This document shows, piece after piece, positions 29,071-39,347 of a DNA stretch of 64,000 bases; position 1 is the first letter of the stretch; every line of letters begins with the position of its first letter. The translations under genes were made by a program, and so were the position numbers. Origin of the DNA: Nitrososphaerota archaeon (lineage in GTDB: Archaea; Thermoproteota; Nitrososphaeria_A; Caldarchaeales; Calditenuaceae); NCBI GenBank assembly GCA_041641295.1, contig JBEPYO010000001.1, forward strand, positions 800,001-864,000. The letters are read 5' to 3'. The notes below the pieces were generated by a model. It was not told where the DNA came from. It did no database searches and worked only from the letters and a program-made list of their open reading frames with translations.

Positions 29071-29958
29071 CTAGAGGGTACCCCTCTCGATGTCCTCCAG
29101 CATCCTCTCTGCATCCTCCCTCACCGCAGAGTTCTCAAGCCGCGCAGGGCCGTGGAGGCGCATCCTATGCGCCACAGCGGCCATCGCCAGCGCCAGTGCA
29201 TAGGCTCTATCACCGGTCTCGAGTAGACCGACTAGGTAGGCTCCGCCGACTACGTCTCCCGCTCCCACCGTGTCCACAATTCTGTCAGCTCTCACCAAGC
29301 CCCTCAAGACCACGCCGCCCCCGCAGACCCATATGCCGTGTGAGGGTGAGGATGCTACGACGTCGCAGCCCAGTGTCTGAGAGGTCTTGACTGCTGCTTC
29401 GCGTGGTGTCGTGTATCCGAGGGCCTTGTACTCCTCCTCGGAGAACCTTAGGACTCCTATACCCGTGAACGGCTCCAAGCTTATTGGCCTCAGGGAAACG
29501 CTGTTGTCTGGGCCGAGGACTCTCATCATTCCCTGCGGGTCAAGCGCGACTTTCCTAAACCTCTTCACAGCAGCCGCGACATGCTCAGGCCTTATCTCGC
29601 CGGCGACTGGCCCGAGGTAGACCGCGTCGGCCTCCAGCTCCATCTGCTCCATGCTTATCTCCGCGCACCTGGCTGGAACCCACATCCTACGGCCGCTATC
29701 GATCCTTTCAATCCTGAAGCGGGTGGTCGCATGGCCCTCTAAGACCCTCACGTGGGACGTGTCTACGCCGAGTTCTCTGAGCCTGTCTAGGAGCCAGAGG
29801 CCGTCGGGGCCGATGTTGGAGACGGCTAGGGCCCTGTGTCCGAGTGAGGAGATTGCTAGGCCTGCGTAGGTTGGGACACCGCCGGGCGAGACTCTCACAC
29901 CGCCTGGCCAGACAACCTCGTCCACCACCACATAACCCACAACACCGATCCGCAGCAC
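29071..29958 (-). CDS. PfkB family carbohydrate kinase
   Basis: PGG.PTY, IGPDG and DTVGAGD motifs. Confidence 0.88.
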   Translation of the reverse strand: MLRIGVVGYVVVDEVVWPGGVRVSPGGVPTYAGLAISSLGHRALAVSNIGPDGLWLLDRLRELGVDTSHVRVLEGHATTRFRIERIDSGRRMWVPARCAEISMEQMELEADAVYLGPVAGEIRPEHVAAAVKRFRKVALDPQGMMRVLGPDNSVSLRPISLEPFTGIGVLRFSEEEYKALGYTTPREAAVKTSQTLGCDVVASSPSHGIWVCGGGVVLRGLVRADRIVDTVGAGDVVGGAYLVGLLETGDRAYALALAMAAVAHRMRLHGPARLENSAVREDAERMLEDIERGTL

Positions 29959-30011
29959 AGAGACTCAACAAGCCATGCCCACAAAACACGATAAAACCCT
30001 ATAGATGGAAT

Positions 30012-30133
30012 GGGTTGCCAGCACCCGGCTTTCGCGCCCGCTCCCGCAAAGCACTACTCGCCGGGCGGGTAGGGCTTAACTTCCGGGTTCGGAATGGGAC
30101 CGGGTGTTTCCCCTACCCTATGACCGGCAACCC
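30012..30133 (-). rRNA. rrf: 5S rRNA (stand-alone)
   Basis: GGTCATAG...ACACCCGGTCCCATTCCGAACCCGGAAGTTAAG; terminal helix GGGTTGCCGG/CTGGCAACCC. Confidence 0.95.
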
Positions 30134-30200
30134 ACCGCTGAGAGTTGGTCGGACCACTAAATAAACATCTGCCGGCCAGGCCTAAGGGAGGGGGGCGGGT

Positions 30201-30908
30201 TTGAGGGGTGGGGTGTTGCTGAGCCTTAGGCTTGAGAAGGCCGTGGCCCTTAGGAGGCTTAACAGGTTTGTGGTCGAGGCCGAGGCGGGTGGAGAGAGGA
30301 TTCTGCTCCACACGAGGAATACTGGGAGGCTCTTGGACCTGCTCTACCCCGGGGCCCCACTCCTCTATGAGCCTCGGAGCGGTGGGAGGACGGCTGGCGT
30401 GATTGTCGGGGTCGAGGTTGGTGGGGGTGTGGCGGCTGTCATAGATCCTTACACGCAGGTCGCGGCCTTTGAGGATGCGTGGGGGAGGGGGTTGATAGGC
30501 TGGCTTAGGGGCTGGGGCGTGAGAGGTAGAGAGGCCGCCTACAGGGGTTCGCGGATAGATTATCTCCTTGAGAGTGCTGATGGTCTCGGGCTATTGGAGG
30601 TCAAGTCAGCCGTCTACTTCTCAGAGGATGGGGCCTGCATGTATCCTGACACTATTAGTGAGAGGGGGAGGAGACATGTGGACAGGCTGGTGGAGGCAAG
30701 AGGCGAGGGTTTGAGGGCAGTCATAGCGTTCATCGCCGCCCATCCAAGATGTACACACTTCAGGCCCTGCTGCAGTGTAGACCCCATCCTCTGTGAGAAG
30801 CTCAGAGAGGCTAGGGAGAGGGGTGTCGAGATACGCTCAGTTAAGATGCACTTGGAGGGTGGGGAGGTTCTGCTGGATTCCCCGGATTTGCCTGTAGAGC
30901 TTGGGTGA
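30201..30908 (+). CDS. sfsA: SfsA family DNA/RNA nuclease
   Basis: RLNRF, NTGRL, SRIDY, EVKS and YPD..SERGRRH motifs. Confidence 0.9.
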   Translation: MRGGVLLSLRLEKAVALRRLNRFVVEAEAGGERILLHTRNTGRLLDLLYPGAPLLYEPRSGGRTAGVIVGVEVGGGVAAVIDPYTQVAAFEDAWGRGLIGWLRGWGVRGREAAYRGSRIDYLLESADGLGLLEVKSAVYFSEDGACMYPDTISERGRRHVDRLVEARGEGLRAVIAFIAAHPRCTHFRPCCSVDPILCEKLREARERGVEIRSVKMHLEGGEVLLDSPDLPVELG

Positions 30909-30909
30909 G

Positions 30910-31302
30910 CTATTCCTCGGGCTTGAGCTTCTCGCCGAGATAGCCGTAGACGCCGACCTTGAGGACCTTCAGGCTGAGGAGGGCGCACTTAAGCCTCACG
31001 GGGCTCAGCTCAATTCCCAGCATGTCGAGTATCTGCTGCCTGTCAATACTCTTGATGTCTTCGAGCCTCATGCCCCTAACCCTCTCGGTCAGCATTGAGG
31101 CTGAGGCCTGGCTGATTGCACAGCCCTTTCCTCTGAACCTGATGTCCTCGACGACACCATCCCTAACCTTGATGTGCATCTCAACCACGTCGCCGCAGAG
31201 GGGGTTGGAGTCCTTCACACGTATGTCGGCGTCCGGGAGCTCCCCATAGTTCCGCGGATTCCTATAGTGGTCGAGGATATTCTCCAGCTCGGGTGAAGTC
31301 AT
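30910..31302 (-). CDS. Fe-S cluster scaffold, IscU/SufU (NifU_N) family
   Basis: DHYRNPRN, NPLCGD, GCAISQAS and RLKCA motifs. Confidence 0.92.
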   Translation of the reverse strand: MTSPELENILDHYRNPRNYGELPDADIRVKDSNPLCGDVVEMHIKVRDGVVEDIRFRGKGCAISQASASMLTERVRGMRLEDIKSIDRQQILDMLGIELSPVRLKCALLSLKVLKVGVYGYLGEKLKPEE

Positions 31303-31375
31303 CTAAACTAGCAGGGACGGCCAGGATAATAATAACCTTTTAAGAATGCATAGATGCGAGTAATCGGAGGACAGG

Positions 31376-32190
31376 CTATCTGGAGACAGGCCTCAACACT
31401 ATCTTGCAGCTGCTGTCCCCCATGTTTATGCACGCCACCTCCTCAGACTCATACTCCTCACCCTCAAAGACCTCCACGGCACCCTCAATCATCCCCCAAC
31501 CCACTGACAAGTGGGTGGACGCCTAATATCTCTGAGAAGTTGGCACTCTAGGTTATCGGTTAAGACGGCCGTGACTGTCTTGCCATCCCAGCGGTTCAGG
31601 CTCATAAACCTGACATATCCGAGGGCGCGGAAGAAGAGTTCAGCGCTCCTATACTGCGCCTCCAAGTCCTTGACGTTCAGGATGTCTGAGTAGATTCTCG
31701 CCGCCGTGCTCCCGATGCTCTTTCCAACATGGTAGAGGAAGACTGCGCCTGCCTCCCCAAAGGTCCTGTAGAGCCCTCTGATAAAACCGCTCATCGCTGG
31801 CTCACCGATTACTAATGCGCGGAATCTGAGGAATCCCTTGTAGTCGGAGTAGGTGTCGCCTAAGATGCCCGGAAGGGGGGAGCTGAATATCTGGGCGCGG
31901 CTGATTATTCTCGATGACTCGAGATCGGATATAAGCCCTGTTAAAACATTCTCCTCCACGCTGCCCAAGTCTATAAAAGTAATGAGGAAGTATTCGCTGG
32001 GGTTCGCCGCGTTGGGTGCAGCCTCGACCGAGATAGGATTCAATCCCTTCTTGACCAGCTCTTGGATGACCTGCTGCAGGCTCGGCCCAGCGTCCGGAAT
32101 CCTCGCCCCCAGGCCAACCACCCGCCTACCCGGAAAATGACCCAGCAGCAGGAGGTCCCTGAAAACAACGTCTTTATTCAACATGGCCAT
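31376..32190 (-). pseudogene. ACT-like + V4R domain protein, frameshifted at a G5 run
   Basis: The ORF stops at CQWVGG*. Adding 1 nt at 31493-31497 restores GMIEGAVEVFEGEEYESEEVACINMGDSSCKIVLRPVSR*. Confidence 0.75.
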
Positions 32191-32243
32191 ACGTTTTTGT
32201 GCTATTATTTATTTCTTACGTCGCGTCTAAATAAGATACACGT

Positions 32244-33782
32244 CTATTCGCCGTTCAATACTACGACGTCCAGCGCCATGTTCATCTCCCTGCAAAGCCT
32301 GTAGATCCTCTTCTGACACTTCCTGACATACACCTTCATGTACTCTGGCGGGATCTCGATTCTCAGCTGGTCGCCCACCACCCTCAGCCTGTATCCGCGG
32401 ATGTGCTTCCCAAGTATCGATGAGGCGATGTCCGCCACCTTGTTGTCTGCCCCACCCTCGCCGCGTCCGCCACCCTCGCCTGCAGGCACTATGAAAGTCC
32501 TCTCGCCGAAGACGTATAGCTCATACTCGACATTCCCCGTCAGGAAGTCCTTCACCAGGACAGTCGGCCTGGCCAGGTCTGCCTTCCTCAACCCCCTCGG
32601 AACCTTCACTACAACCTCTAGCGTGTATATCTTGGAGACAGCGCCCTTATCCATGAATATCACAGTGTCTATGACGGATGGGATTACGCCGATGTCGAGC
32701 CTCTGGGCTATCCGCTGGATTGCGTCGATGGGCGTCGTCGCGTGGATGACGCCGACCATCCCAATCCCCGCCAGCCTCAGGTCGATGAATATCTTGAAGT
32801 CGTCCGTATCCCTCATCTCGTCGAAGACAGTGTAGTCCGGCCTGCTGAGCAGGAGGACGTCGTAGAGCTCTCCATGCGTTGCCGCCGACTTAGAGTACTG
32901 GGTGATCTCGCTCGAGACCTGTAGGTCGCGGGGGCTCTCAATCGTCTTGACTACCATGCCGAGAGACCTGTAATACTCCGCCAGGGCTTGGGCGAAGGTT
33001 GACTTACCCATCCCCGGCGGCCCCGCTACGAGTATGCCCTCAGCCTTCTCCACAAGCCTCGCCATGAGGCTCGGGTGCAAGTCATAGTCCTCGAGACTCT
33101 TCCTCACTATCGGCCTCACGACAGTAACTTCCAAGCCATCACTCAGCGGCGGCCTCGTGATTACTATCCTGAAGTCGCGGAGCTGGACGATCATGGTGTC
33201 GCCCTTCTCCACCTCTATGAACGACTCCCTCCCAAGCGTCGAGTAGACATCCATCATTATCTGGGCTATGATGAGCTCGAGCTCCTCCCTACTCATCGGC
33301 TTGGCAGACAGCTCCTCAAACCTCCACGCGCCAGGGACACCCTTCTTAACCCTCGGAGGAACGGACTCCTTAAGGTGGAGGGACATTACACTCCCTTGGA
33401 ATATCTTCTCGAGGTCTAGTATCTTGCTCGGAGCGAGGTATCTGAACTTGATTGAGAGGGCCTCGCAGAGCCTAGCTGTAACAGGGTCTGAGGTCACTAT
33501 CTCTCCTCCGCTATTCGCTGCAAGAGTCCTCAAGGCGGTCCTCAAATCCGCCGCGCCACCCTCAACGTCCACGATCTCCAGAGAGGCTCCAGCCCTCTCG
33601 CACGCCTCCCTCAAACTCTTGAAAGCGTTAATCCCCGCCTCATCCCCCCGCCTAAGCTTCTCCTCCAAACTCCTCAAAATCCCAGAGTATATCAGCACCT
33701 TACCGCCAAAACCATTCTCCAAAACCCACCTCTCCATAAGCCTAGACGTGATAACTAGCTCATCCGGAATAAGCACCCGCAT
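32244..33782 (-). CDS. PINA: PIN-domain VirB11/PilT-like ATPase with KH-like C-terminus
   Basis: GPPGMGKSTFAQALAEYY, KTIESPRDL, RPDYTVFDEMR, DLRLAGIGMVGVIHA and DLARP motifs. Confidence 0.9.
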   Translation of the reverse strand: MRVLIPDELVITSRLMERWVLENGFGGKVLIYSGILRSLEEKLRRGDEAGINAFKSLREACERAGASLEIVDVEGGAADLRTALRTLAANSGGEIVTSDPVTARLCEALSIKFRYLAPSKILDLEKIFQGSVMSLHLKESVPPRVKKGVPGAWRFEELSAKPMSREELELIIAQIMMDVYSTLGRESFIEVEKGDTMIVQLRDFRIVITRPPLSDGLEVTVVRPIVRKSLEDYDLHPSLMARLVEKAEGILVAGPPGMGKSTFAQALAEYYRSLGMVVKTIESPRDLQVSSEITQYSKSAATHGELYDVLLLSRPDYTVFDEMRDTDDFKIFIDLRLAGIGMVGVIHATTPIDAIQRIAQRLDIGVIPSVIDTVIFMDKGAVSKIYTLEVVVKVPRGLRKADLARPTVLVKDFLTGNVEYELYVFGERTFIVPAGEGGGRGEGGADNKVADIASSILGKHIRGYRLRVVGDQLRIEIPPEYMKVYVRKCQKRIYRLCREMNMALDVVVLNGE

Positions 33783-33920
33783 GCCCTTACGCTACGACCC
33801 TCTACACCACTACCACCCCCGCCTCTCTATTTTAAGATAGAGAGGCCGCCGAGACCACCCCCTAACCCCACCAGAGCCAAAAACTAAGGAATTTACGAGA
33901 ATCTTAGCGTCTCAGCACTA

Positions 33921-34985
33921 TCACTGGATTCTCTCCCACCTGCCGCTCTTCATAGACTTGTATGCTGCGTCTAGGATCTTGTTGACGAGGTAGCCGTCCC
34001 TGTAGGTTTCCCTCGGCATCCTCCCATCAGAGAAGGCCTGTATGAAGTGTTGGAGCTCGTGTAGGTAGCCGTAGAGCTCGTGTTCGCGCCATATTGGGTA
34101 CATCCATCCCCGAGCAACCTCCGCCTTCTCGACCACGTAGCCAACCTTCTCCTCCGGCGCCACCGTGAAGACCCTTACACCTGTCTCCCGCGTAACGTCT
34201 ATGAACGCTGCACCCTCAGAGCCGTAGACCTCGTATCTAAGGTCCAGCCCCCCATGGGCCGCCCAGCTGTTCTCAGACTGGCCCACCTGCCCGCCCCGAT
34301 ACCTGACAAAGGCGAGGCTGTTATCCTCAGCCCTAGTCCTCGCACCATGAACTAGTGTGGCGCCCCAGCCCATAACCTCAACCGGCTCATCACCGATAAA
34401 GTAGCGCGCAACCTCGACTGAGTGGCAGCCCATGTCTAGCAGGGAGCCGCCGCCCGAGAGCTCAGGGTTCCAGAACCAGTCGGAGTGCGGCCCGAAGTGA
34501 GCCTCCCTCGTCCTGACCCAGAAGACCCGCCCCAGCGCACCATTATCAATCATCTCCTTCACCCGAGTGATCTGGGGGGTGAAGACCTGGTTCTCGGCAT
34601 ATCCGTGGAGGACCTTATGCCTCTCAACCGCGTCAAGCATCTGCCTCGCCTCTTCGGCGTTCCTACCCAGGGGCTTCTCGCAGATTACGTTCTTCCCGTT
34701 CTCGGCAGCGTGTATTGTGGCTTGGAGGTGGAGGAAGTTGGGGAGACAGATGAGGACAGAGTCTATCTCCGGGTCCCTACACAGCCTCTCCAGATAGTTG
34801 TCGCCATGGTATGCCTTCTTCACGCCGAACTTCTTGGCCAGCTCCTCAACGGGCGCCTGCCTCCTACTCCCTATCGCCACAACCTCGACGTTTGGAATCT
34901 CCTTCAGGGAGGGTAGGTGGAAATAGGAGACGACGAAGCCGGAGCCCAGTACACCTAGCTTTACGGACCCCATACCGCGAACCAC
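33921..34985 (-). CDS. Gfo/Idh/MocA family oxidoreductase
   Basis: GVLGSG, CEKP and GGGSLLDMGCH motifs. Confidence 0.92.
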   Translation of the reverse strand: MVRGMGSVKLGVLGSGFVVSYFHLPSLKEIPNVEVVAIGSRRQAPVEELAKKFGVKKAYHGDNYLERLCRDPEIDSVLICLPNFLHLQATIHAAENGKNVICEKPLGRNAEEARQMLDAVERHKVLHGYAENQVFTPQITRVKEMIDNGALGRVFWVRTREAHFGPHSDWFWNPELSGGGSLLDMGCHSVEVARYFIGDEPVEVMGWGATLVHGARTRAEDNSLAFVRYRGGQVGQSENSWAAHGGLDLRYEVYGSEGAAFIDVTRETGVRVFTVAPEEKVGYVVEKAEVARGWMYPIWREHELYGYLHELQHFIQAFSDGRMPRETYRDGYLVNKILDAAYKSMKSGRWERIQ

Positions 34986-35039
34986 TCTATTATCTAGACC
35001 AGTAAAAATCTTTGCCTTCTGCTGGCCTCCGCCACAGAG

Positions 35040-35993
35040 CTAGGCGGCCCCGACCCGCGCCCGGCTCAGGGCCTCAACCCTCCTTATCGCTGCGAGCGAC
35101 TGGCCAAGCATGCACAGCCCCCAGAAACCGTTCACCAACGCGAGGGAGTAGTTTATGCTTGCGTAGAGTGAGCCGGCTAGCGACCCAACATCGAGACGGC
35201 CATTGTTAAGCTCGTTCAAACCAGACCAGAGAATCATGAAGGGAAGGGATGTGCCGAATAATAGGCCCGTGAACCAGAAGATCCTGTCATAGTGTATCAG
35301 CCTGGATATTCCGCTAAGCCACTTGTCAAGCGAGTACTGGAAGCCCTGAAGCTCGTCTCTCCCACCATTCAGAAGCCTATCTGCAAAGTGTATGCTCTGG
35401 CTGTAGAAACTCCTCTCTAGGTTTCTGGCCTGCTCAGCCCGCCTGACATAATACTCGGTTGTAGCGAAGAGTGGTGGGACTAGAGAGAGGGAGATAAGCC
35501 CAAGCAGTGGGCTGAGCTGCATCATAGCCGCGAGCGAGGCCAGCATAGTCAAGAAGTTTGGTAGAATCACGGTAAGGCTCGTTGAGTTGTTCCAGATAAC
35601 AAAGTCGACGTCGCTCACAATCCGCCCTATGACGTCTTTGGAGTCTCCCCCTATGGGGGCGGCGCGGTTCACAATACTCCTCTTAATCTCCACGATTCCC
35701 CGCGCCATGTATTGCCAGAAGGGCTTTAGAAGCCACTCGCTGGCCGAGACAGCTACCGCCACTACCCCGAGCGAAAGCAGTCCTTGGTTTAGAAGTCTAG
35801 CATCGGGGGGCGAGGAGCTTAAAGCAGCCACCACATCCCTCAGGATTAGTGGAAGCATCATGCCTAGGGCTATGGACCTTATGAGGAAGGTAGCCGAGGC
35901 GTAAACAATCCCCCTGAAGGTGTTTCCCCGCCCAACACCTTCAAGCATAAACCTCGTAGTAGTCCCGAGCATCTCAGCAATCTTCAGAACCAT
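35040..35993 (-). CDS. ABC exporter transmembrane domain (no fused ATPase)
   Basis: Six TM helices, IGRIVSDVDF, G.LDVGSL and QSLAAIRRV motifs. Confidence 0.7.
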   Translation of the reverse strand: MVLKIAEMLGTTTRFMLEGVGRGNTFRGIVYASATFLIRSIALGMMLPLILRDVVAALSSSPPDARLLNQGLLSLGVVAVAVSASEWLLKPFWQYMARGIVEIKRSIVNRAAPIGGDSKDVIGRIVSDVDFVIWNNSTSLTVILPNFLTMLASLAAMMQLSPLLGLISLSLVPPLFATTEYYVRRAEQARNLERSFYSQSIHFADRLLNGGRDELQGFQYSLDKWLSGISRLIHYDRIFWFTGLLFGTSLPFMILWSGLNELNNGRLDVGSLAGSLYASINYSLALVNGFWGLCMLGQSLAAIRRVEALSRARVGAA

Positions 35994-36187
35994 CGACGAG
36001 AATACAGCCTAAGCCCACCATTTTAGGCTAACCCAACTGAGACTAGGGAGAGAGTACAAACTCATTCAGCAGACCATCTCCGACAAGGACGCGCTTCCAG
36101 CCTGTCCATTCCCATAATTTGATTAACACATGTGATTTTAGAGGCGTTTATAGACGGGTTTATATTATCCACCGGTATTACCATTAT

Positions 36188-36451
36188 GTGTTGGCTGGCC
36201 TAGCCTCGGTTAAGGAGGTGAAGGTGAGTAAGACGCTCAAGCGCTACTGGAGGCTCCGGGTTCCGAGGGAGCTGGCCCGGGGCGCCGCCTTTATCGTGAT
36301 TGAGGCAGGTGGGGAGAGGTGGCAGGTAAGCCTGGACAGGCATGGAAGAGTCTACGTGCCCACTAGGCTCAGGCCAATGTTCGACAAGGCTAAGACAATA
36401 GTCATGAGGCGTGAGGACGACACAATAGTTGTCAAGCTCCTCAGCTTCTAA
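36188..36451 (+). CDS. Small AbrB/MraZ-like swapped-hairpin protein
   Basis: WRLRVPREL and LDRHGRVYVPTRLR repeats; TATA-like TTTATATT at about 36158. Confidence 0.55.
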   Translation: MLAGLASVKEVKVSKTLKRYWRLRVPRELARGAAFIVIEAGGERWQVSLDRHGRVYVPTRLRPMFDKAKTIVMRREDDTIVVKLLSF

Positions 36452-36467
36452 AAACCCTGATTTCTCC

Positions 36468-36668
36468 CTATTTGGAGAAGAGCTTCCCCTTCACGAACAG
36501 AACCAAGACTAGAGTGTTCCAGAGGAGGCTAAACACAATCCAGAGGCTTATTTCCAAGGCTCCATAGAGCCTCATGCTCCTGAGGTATAGGAGGCCCAGG
36601 ATTGGTGGGAGAGCTAGTATGAGGGCGAGGGTCGTTGCACGGCCAAAAATCCTTGCATAATGCGCCAT
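36468..36668 (-). CDS. Small two-TM membrane protein
   Basis: Two hydrophobic helices; purine-rich RBS upstream. Confidence 0.55.
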   Translation of the reverse strand: MAHYARIFGRATTLALILALPPILGLLYLRSMRLYGALEISLWIVFSLLWNTLVLVLFVKGKLFSK

Positions 36669-36707
36669 TTCACAGCACGCCCCTCCCCTCCCACGCCTAT
36701 AGCCCCC

Positions 36708-36962
36708 TCAAGCCACCCCCTTCATCCCAGACCTAATCCTCGCTAGGAGCCGCCTATGGGTTTGGCTGGCCCTTATAAGCCCCGTCTTAAGCGCACCCCT
36801 CTCATCCCTGCTGATGTTCTGCCTCCTCTTCAAGTCTATCTTAACAGATTCCTCTATCCGTTTCACCGCCAGCCTGACCGGCTCGATCTCCTCCCTAATC
36901 CTGCTGGTAGACTGCGACCAGAACCCCCGAACTCTCAACTTGGTCTTAACATCAGCCGCCAA
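36708..36962 (-). CDS. Small basic helical hypothetical protein
   Basis: 84-aa ORF co-oriented with its neighbours. Confidence 0.5.
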   Translation of the reverse strand: MAADVKTKLRVRGFWSQSTSRIREEIEPVRLAVKRIEESVKIDLKRRQNISRDERGALKTGLIRASQTHRRLLARIRSGMKGVA

Positions 36963-36997
36963 TACGCCCTTACAGGGGCGGAGCCTGTATTTAGTGT

Positions 36998-37813
36998 CTA
37001 ACGCCTCCTCAGGTCCTGCTGCGCCTCACTAACCCTCGCCTCAAGGAGCCTCAGAACCCTCTCAGGCTCGAGGTCTATAGGCCTTCCGCAATAGCTGCAG
37101 TGGAGCCTGAAGAGTAGGTGTTTAGCGCCCGCCTCCCTGCAGACCTCCTCGCGGGGTAGGTGGAAGAAGTTCAGCTCCCTGCAGACTGTGCAGGGTATCT
37201 TGACTATCTCTCCCTCCATCGGGAGGGGGTCTTCTTCGAGGAGGCCTGAGACTATGTAGAGGCGCTGGACTGGGACTTCCCTACCACTCCTCTTGAGGAG
37301 CGTCTTGAGCCTCTCCAGCTCGAGCTCTTGCAGAGCAACCCTCTCCCTGAGCTGTGCAGTAGTCCTCTCCAGCGACCTGTAAACCCACCTGGGGACAAGG
37401 TAGCTCTGCAGGGCCGGCAGAAGGGCTCTGGCGACAGTCTCCTTGGCCCTCTCCGCCGCCCTCGAGTGAGCACCCTTCGCAACGGCTAGCCTAGCCAGGC
37501 TCTGGAGCGCCTCGGCGGCGTTCTCCAAGTTGTCAGGGTTAATGTCTCCGCTCAGTATTACGCGGGCTACCGCCTCGCCCAGCTCCGAGGGCTGGGGACG
37601 GCTCGCCCTCCTTGCCAGGGCGTCCTGCAATATCTCGAGCGCCTTCTCCCTCTCCGACAATACACCATGCCTCTCAAGCTCTCTCAGGACTGAGACTAGG
37701 AAGCTTGGCCCCGTGTTGAGTCTTCTGAGCTCGGCTATTAGCTCTCCGAACTCCGCTGAGGAGATGAAGACCATTGAGTCCCCGCTACTCTCATCGCCCG
37801 GCAGTAAATTCAC
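36998..37813 (-). CDS. Hypothetical helical/coiled-coil protein with C-terminal Zn ribbon
   Basis: CTVC...CSYCG; coiled coil in the middle. Confidence 0.65.
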   Translation of the reverse strand: MNLLPGDESSGDSMVFISSAEFGELIAELRRLNTGPSFLVSVLRELERHGVLSEREKALEILQDALARRASRPQPSELGEAVARVILSGDINPDNLENAAEALQSLARLAVAKGAHSRAAERAKETVARALLPALQSYLVPRWVYRSLERTTAQLRERVALQELELERLKTLLKRSGREVPVQRLYIVSGLLEEDPLPMEGEIVKIPCTVCRELNFFHLPREEVCREAGAKHLLFRLHCSYCGRPIDLEPERVLRLLEARVSEAQQDLRRR

Positions 37814-38059
37814 CCCCAGCCCTCCACCAACACGTAGAAAAAAGCTTTAGCGAGATGACCGAGGAGAACCGACTTCTCAGAGAATACCCTGAGCATCTCT
37901 AACCACTATCCCATCCTCCAGAATCCACCCGTCACACATGTTGAGGTGGTCTCGAGAATGCGGACTGTCCTGAAAAATTCCTTTGATTGGGGCTTCAGAA
38001 AAATTGTGTTGAAAAGCTTAATATCTTCTCCGAGGAGCGGTTGCTGCCAGGCGGTTTGC

Positions 38060-38434
38060 ATGGGGCTTGGACTCTACGCCTCGGCTATCGCCCTCCTGAG
38101 CACGCTCGCAACAGCCTACCTGACATACGCCGATAACCCGGTGGGGTGGCTCGTCATACTCATAGGAGGGTTTGTCTCAGGCCTCCTATATGGGCTGGCC
38201 TACAGGTTCAAGGGCCTACTCCTCTCCCTCATGATAGCTGTGCTATTCGGCCTCGGAGTCTTCGCAGGGATTGCAACTAGACCCTACGTCTCCGGTGGCG
38301 AGGGCCTACTAGCCGGCCTAAGATTCATAGTGGTTCCGATAGCTGGCGCCGCCGGCCTAATCACCTCCCTGATAGGCGGAATAGTGGGCGCGTTGGCGGC
38401 GAGGAGAAGGCCTAGGGTTCTGAACAGACCCTAA
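38060..38434 (+). CDS. Small four-TM membrane protein
   Basis: Gly-rich hydrophobic helices; ATG at 38060. Confidence 0.65.
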   Translation: MGLGLYASAIALLSTLATAYLTYADNPVGWLVILIGGFVSGLLYGLAYRFKGLLLSLMIAVLFGLGVFAGIATRPYVSGGEGLLAGLRFIVVPIAGAAGLITSLIGGIVGALAARRRPRVLNRP

Positions 38435-38515
38435 ACCTCCACGCCTTTGAACATCTCCAGCAGGGTGGGGAGGGGCTGAAACATTTTATAAGACTCGCAG
38501 CGCGGCTCCTCTCCG

Positions 38516-39301
38516 ATGGCGGTCATAGGCCTAGTTGGTGGGTCTGGAATCTACAGCGCCGAGATGCTCAGCGAGGCTAGGCAGGTTAAAGCCTACACGC
38601 CATATGGCGCGCCGAGCGCGGCCCTAACTGTAGGGAAGATGGGCCCCCACAGGGTCGTCTTCCTACCAAGACATGGAGTCGGCCACAGCATACCACCCCA
38701 CATGATCAACTACAGGGCGAATATCTGGGCCCTGAAGGAGCAGGGTGTGGAGAGGGTGTTAGCTCCGAGCGCTGTTGGGAGCCTGCAGGAGGAGTATAGG
38801 CCGGGCGAGCTGGTCCTCCCCGACCAGTTCATCGACCGGACGTATGGGAGGGCCTCAACATTCTACGACGGCGGCCAAGTAGCCCACATATCCATGGCAG
38901 ACCCCTTCTGCCCAGAGCTGACCGACATCGTCTACAGCGAGGCCCTCAGGCTCGGCCTCCCAATACACAAGGGCGGAACATACGTCTGCATCCAGGGCCC
39001 AAGATTCTCCACACGCGCCGAGTCCAACATGTTCAGGGCCTGGGGCGGCCACATAATCGGCATGACACTCGTCCCCGAGGTCACGCTCGCCAGAGAGGCT
39101 AGAATGTGCTACCTAACAATAGCCATGATCACGGATTACGACTGCTGGAAGGAGGGGTGGAGAGTAACCGCTGAGGAAGTGGTCAAGACAATGGCTGCAA
39201 ACGTTGAGAAGGTCCAGAAACTACTCGCCCGCGTCATACCAGCCATACCCGAGACACGCGGATGCAGATGCGCCCACTACCTCGACGAAGCACTCCTCTA
39301 A
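38516..39301 (+). CDS. mtnP: S-methyl-5'-thioadenosine phosphorylase
   Basis: GGSG, TPYGAPS, PRHG, NYRANIWAL, GPRFSTRAES and TDYDCW motifs. Confidence 0.95.
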   Translation: MAVIGLVGGSGIYSAEMLSEARQVKAYTPYGAPSAALTVGKMGPHRVVFLPRHGVGHSIPPHMINYRANIWALKEQGVERVLAPSAVGSLQEEYRPGELVLPDQFIDRTYGRASTFYDGGQVAHISMADPFCPELTDIVYSEALRLGLPIHKGGTYVCIQGPRFSTRAESNMFRAWGGHIIGMTLVPEVTLAREARMCYLTIAMITDYDCWKEGWRVTAEEVVKTMAANVEKVQKLLARVIPAIPETRGCRCAHYLDEALL

Positions 39302-39347
39302 AAGGAGCCCAGCAGGCATCAACATTTTGTAGAAAAATGATGGGATT

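Noticed and set aside
30012-30133. Unlinked 5S rRNA and intron-containing tRNAs as novelties
   Set aside because: Both are normal for TACK archaea.
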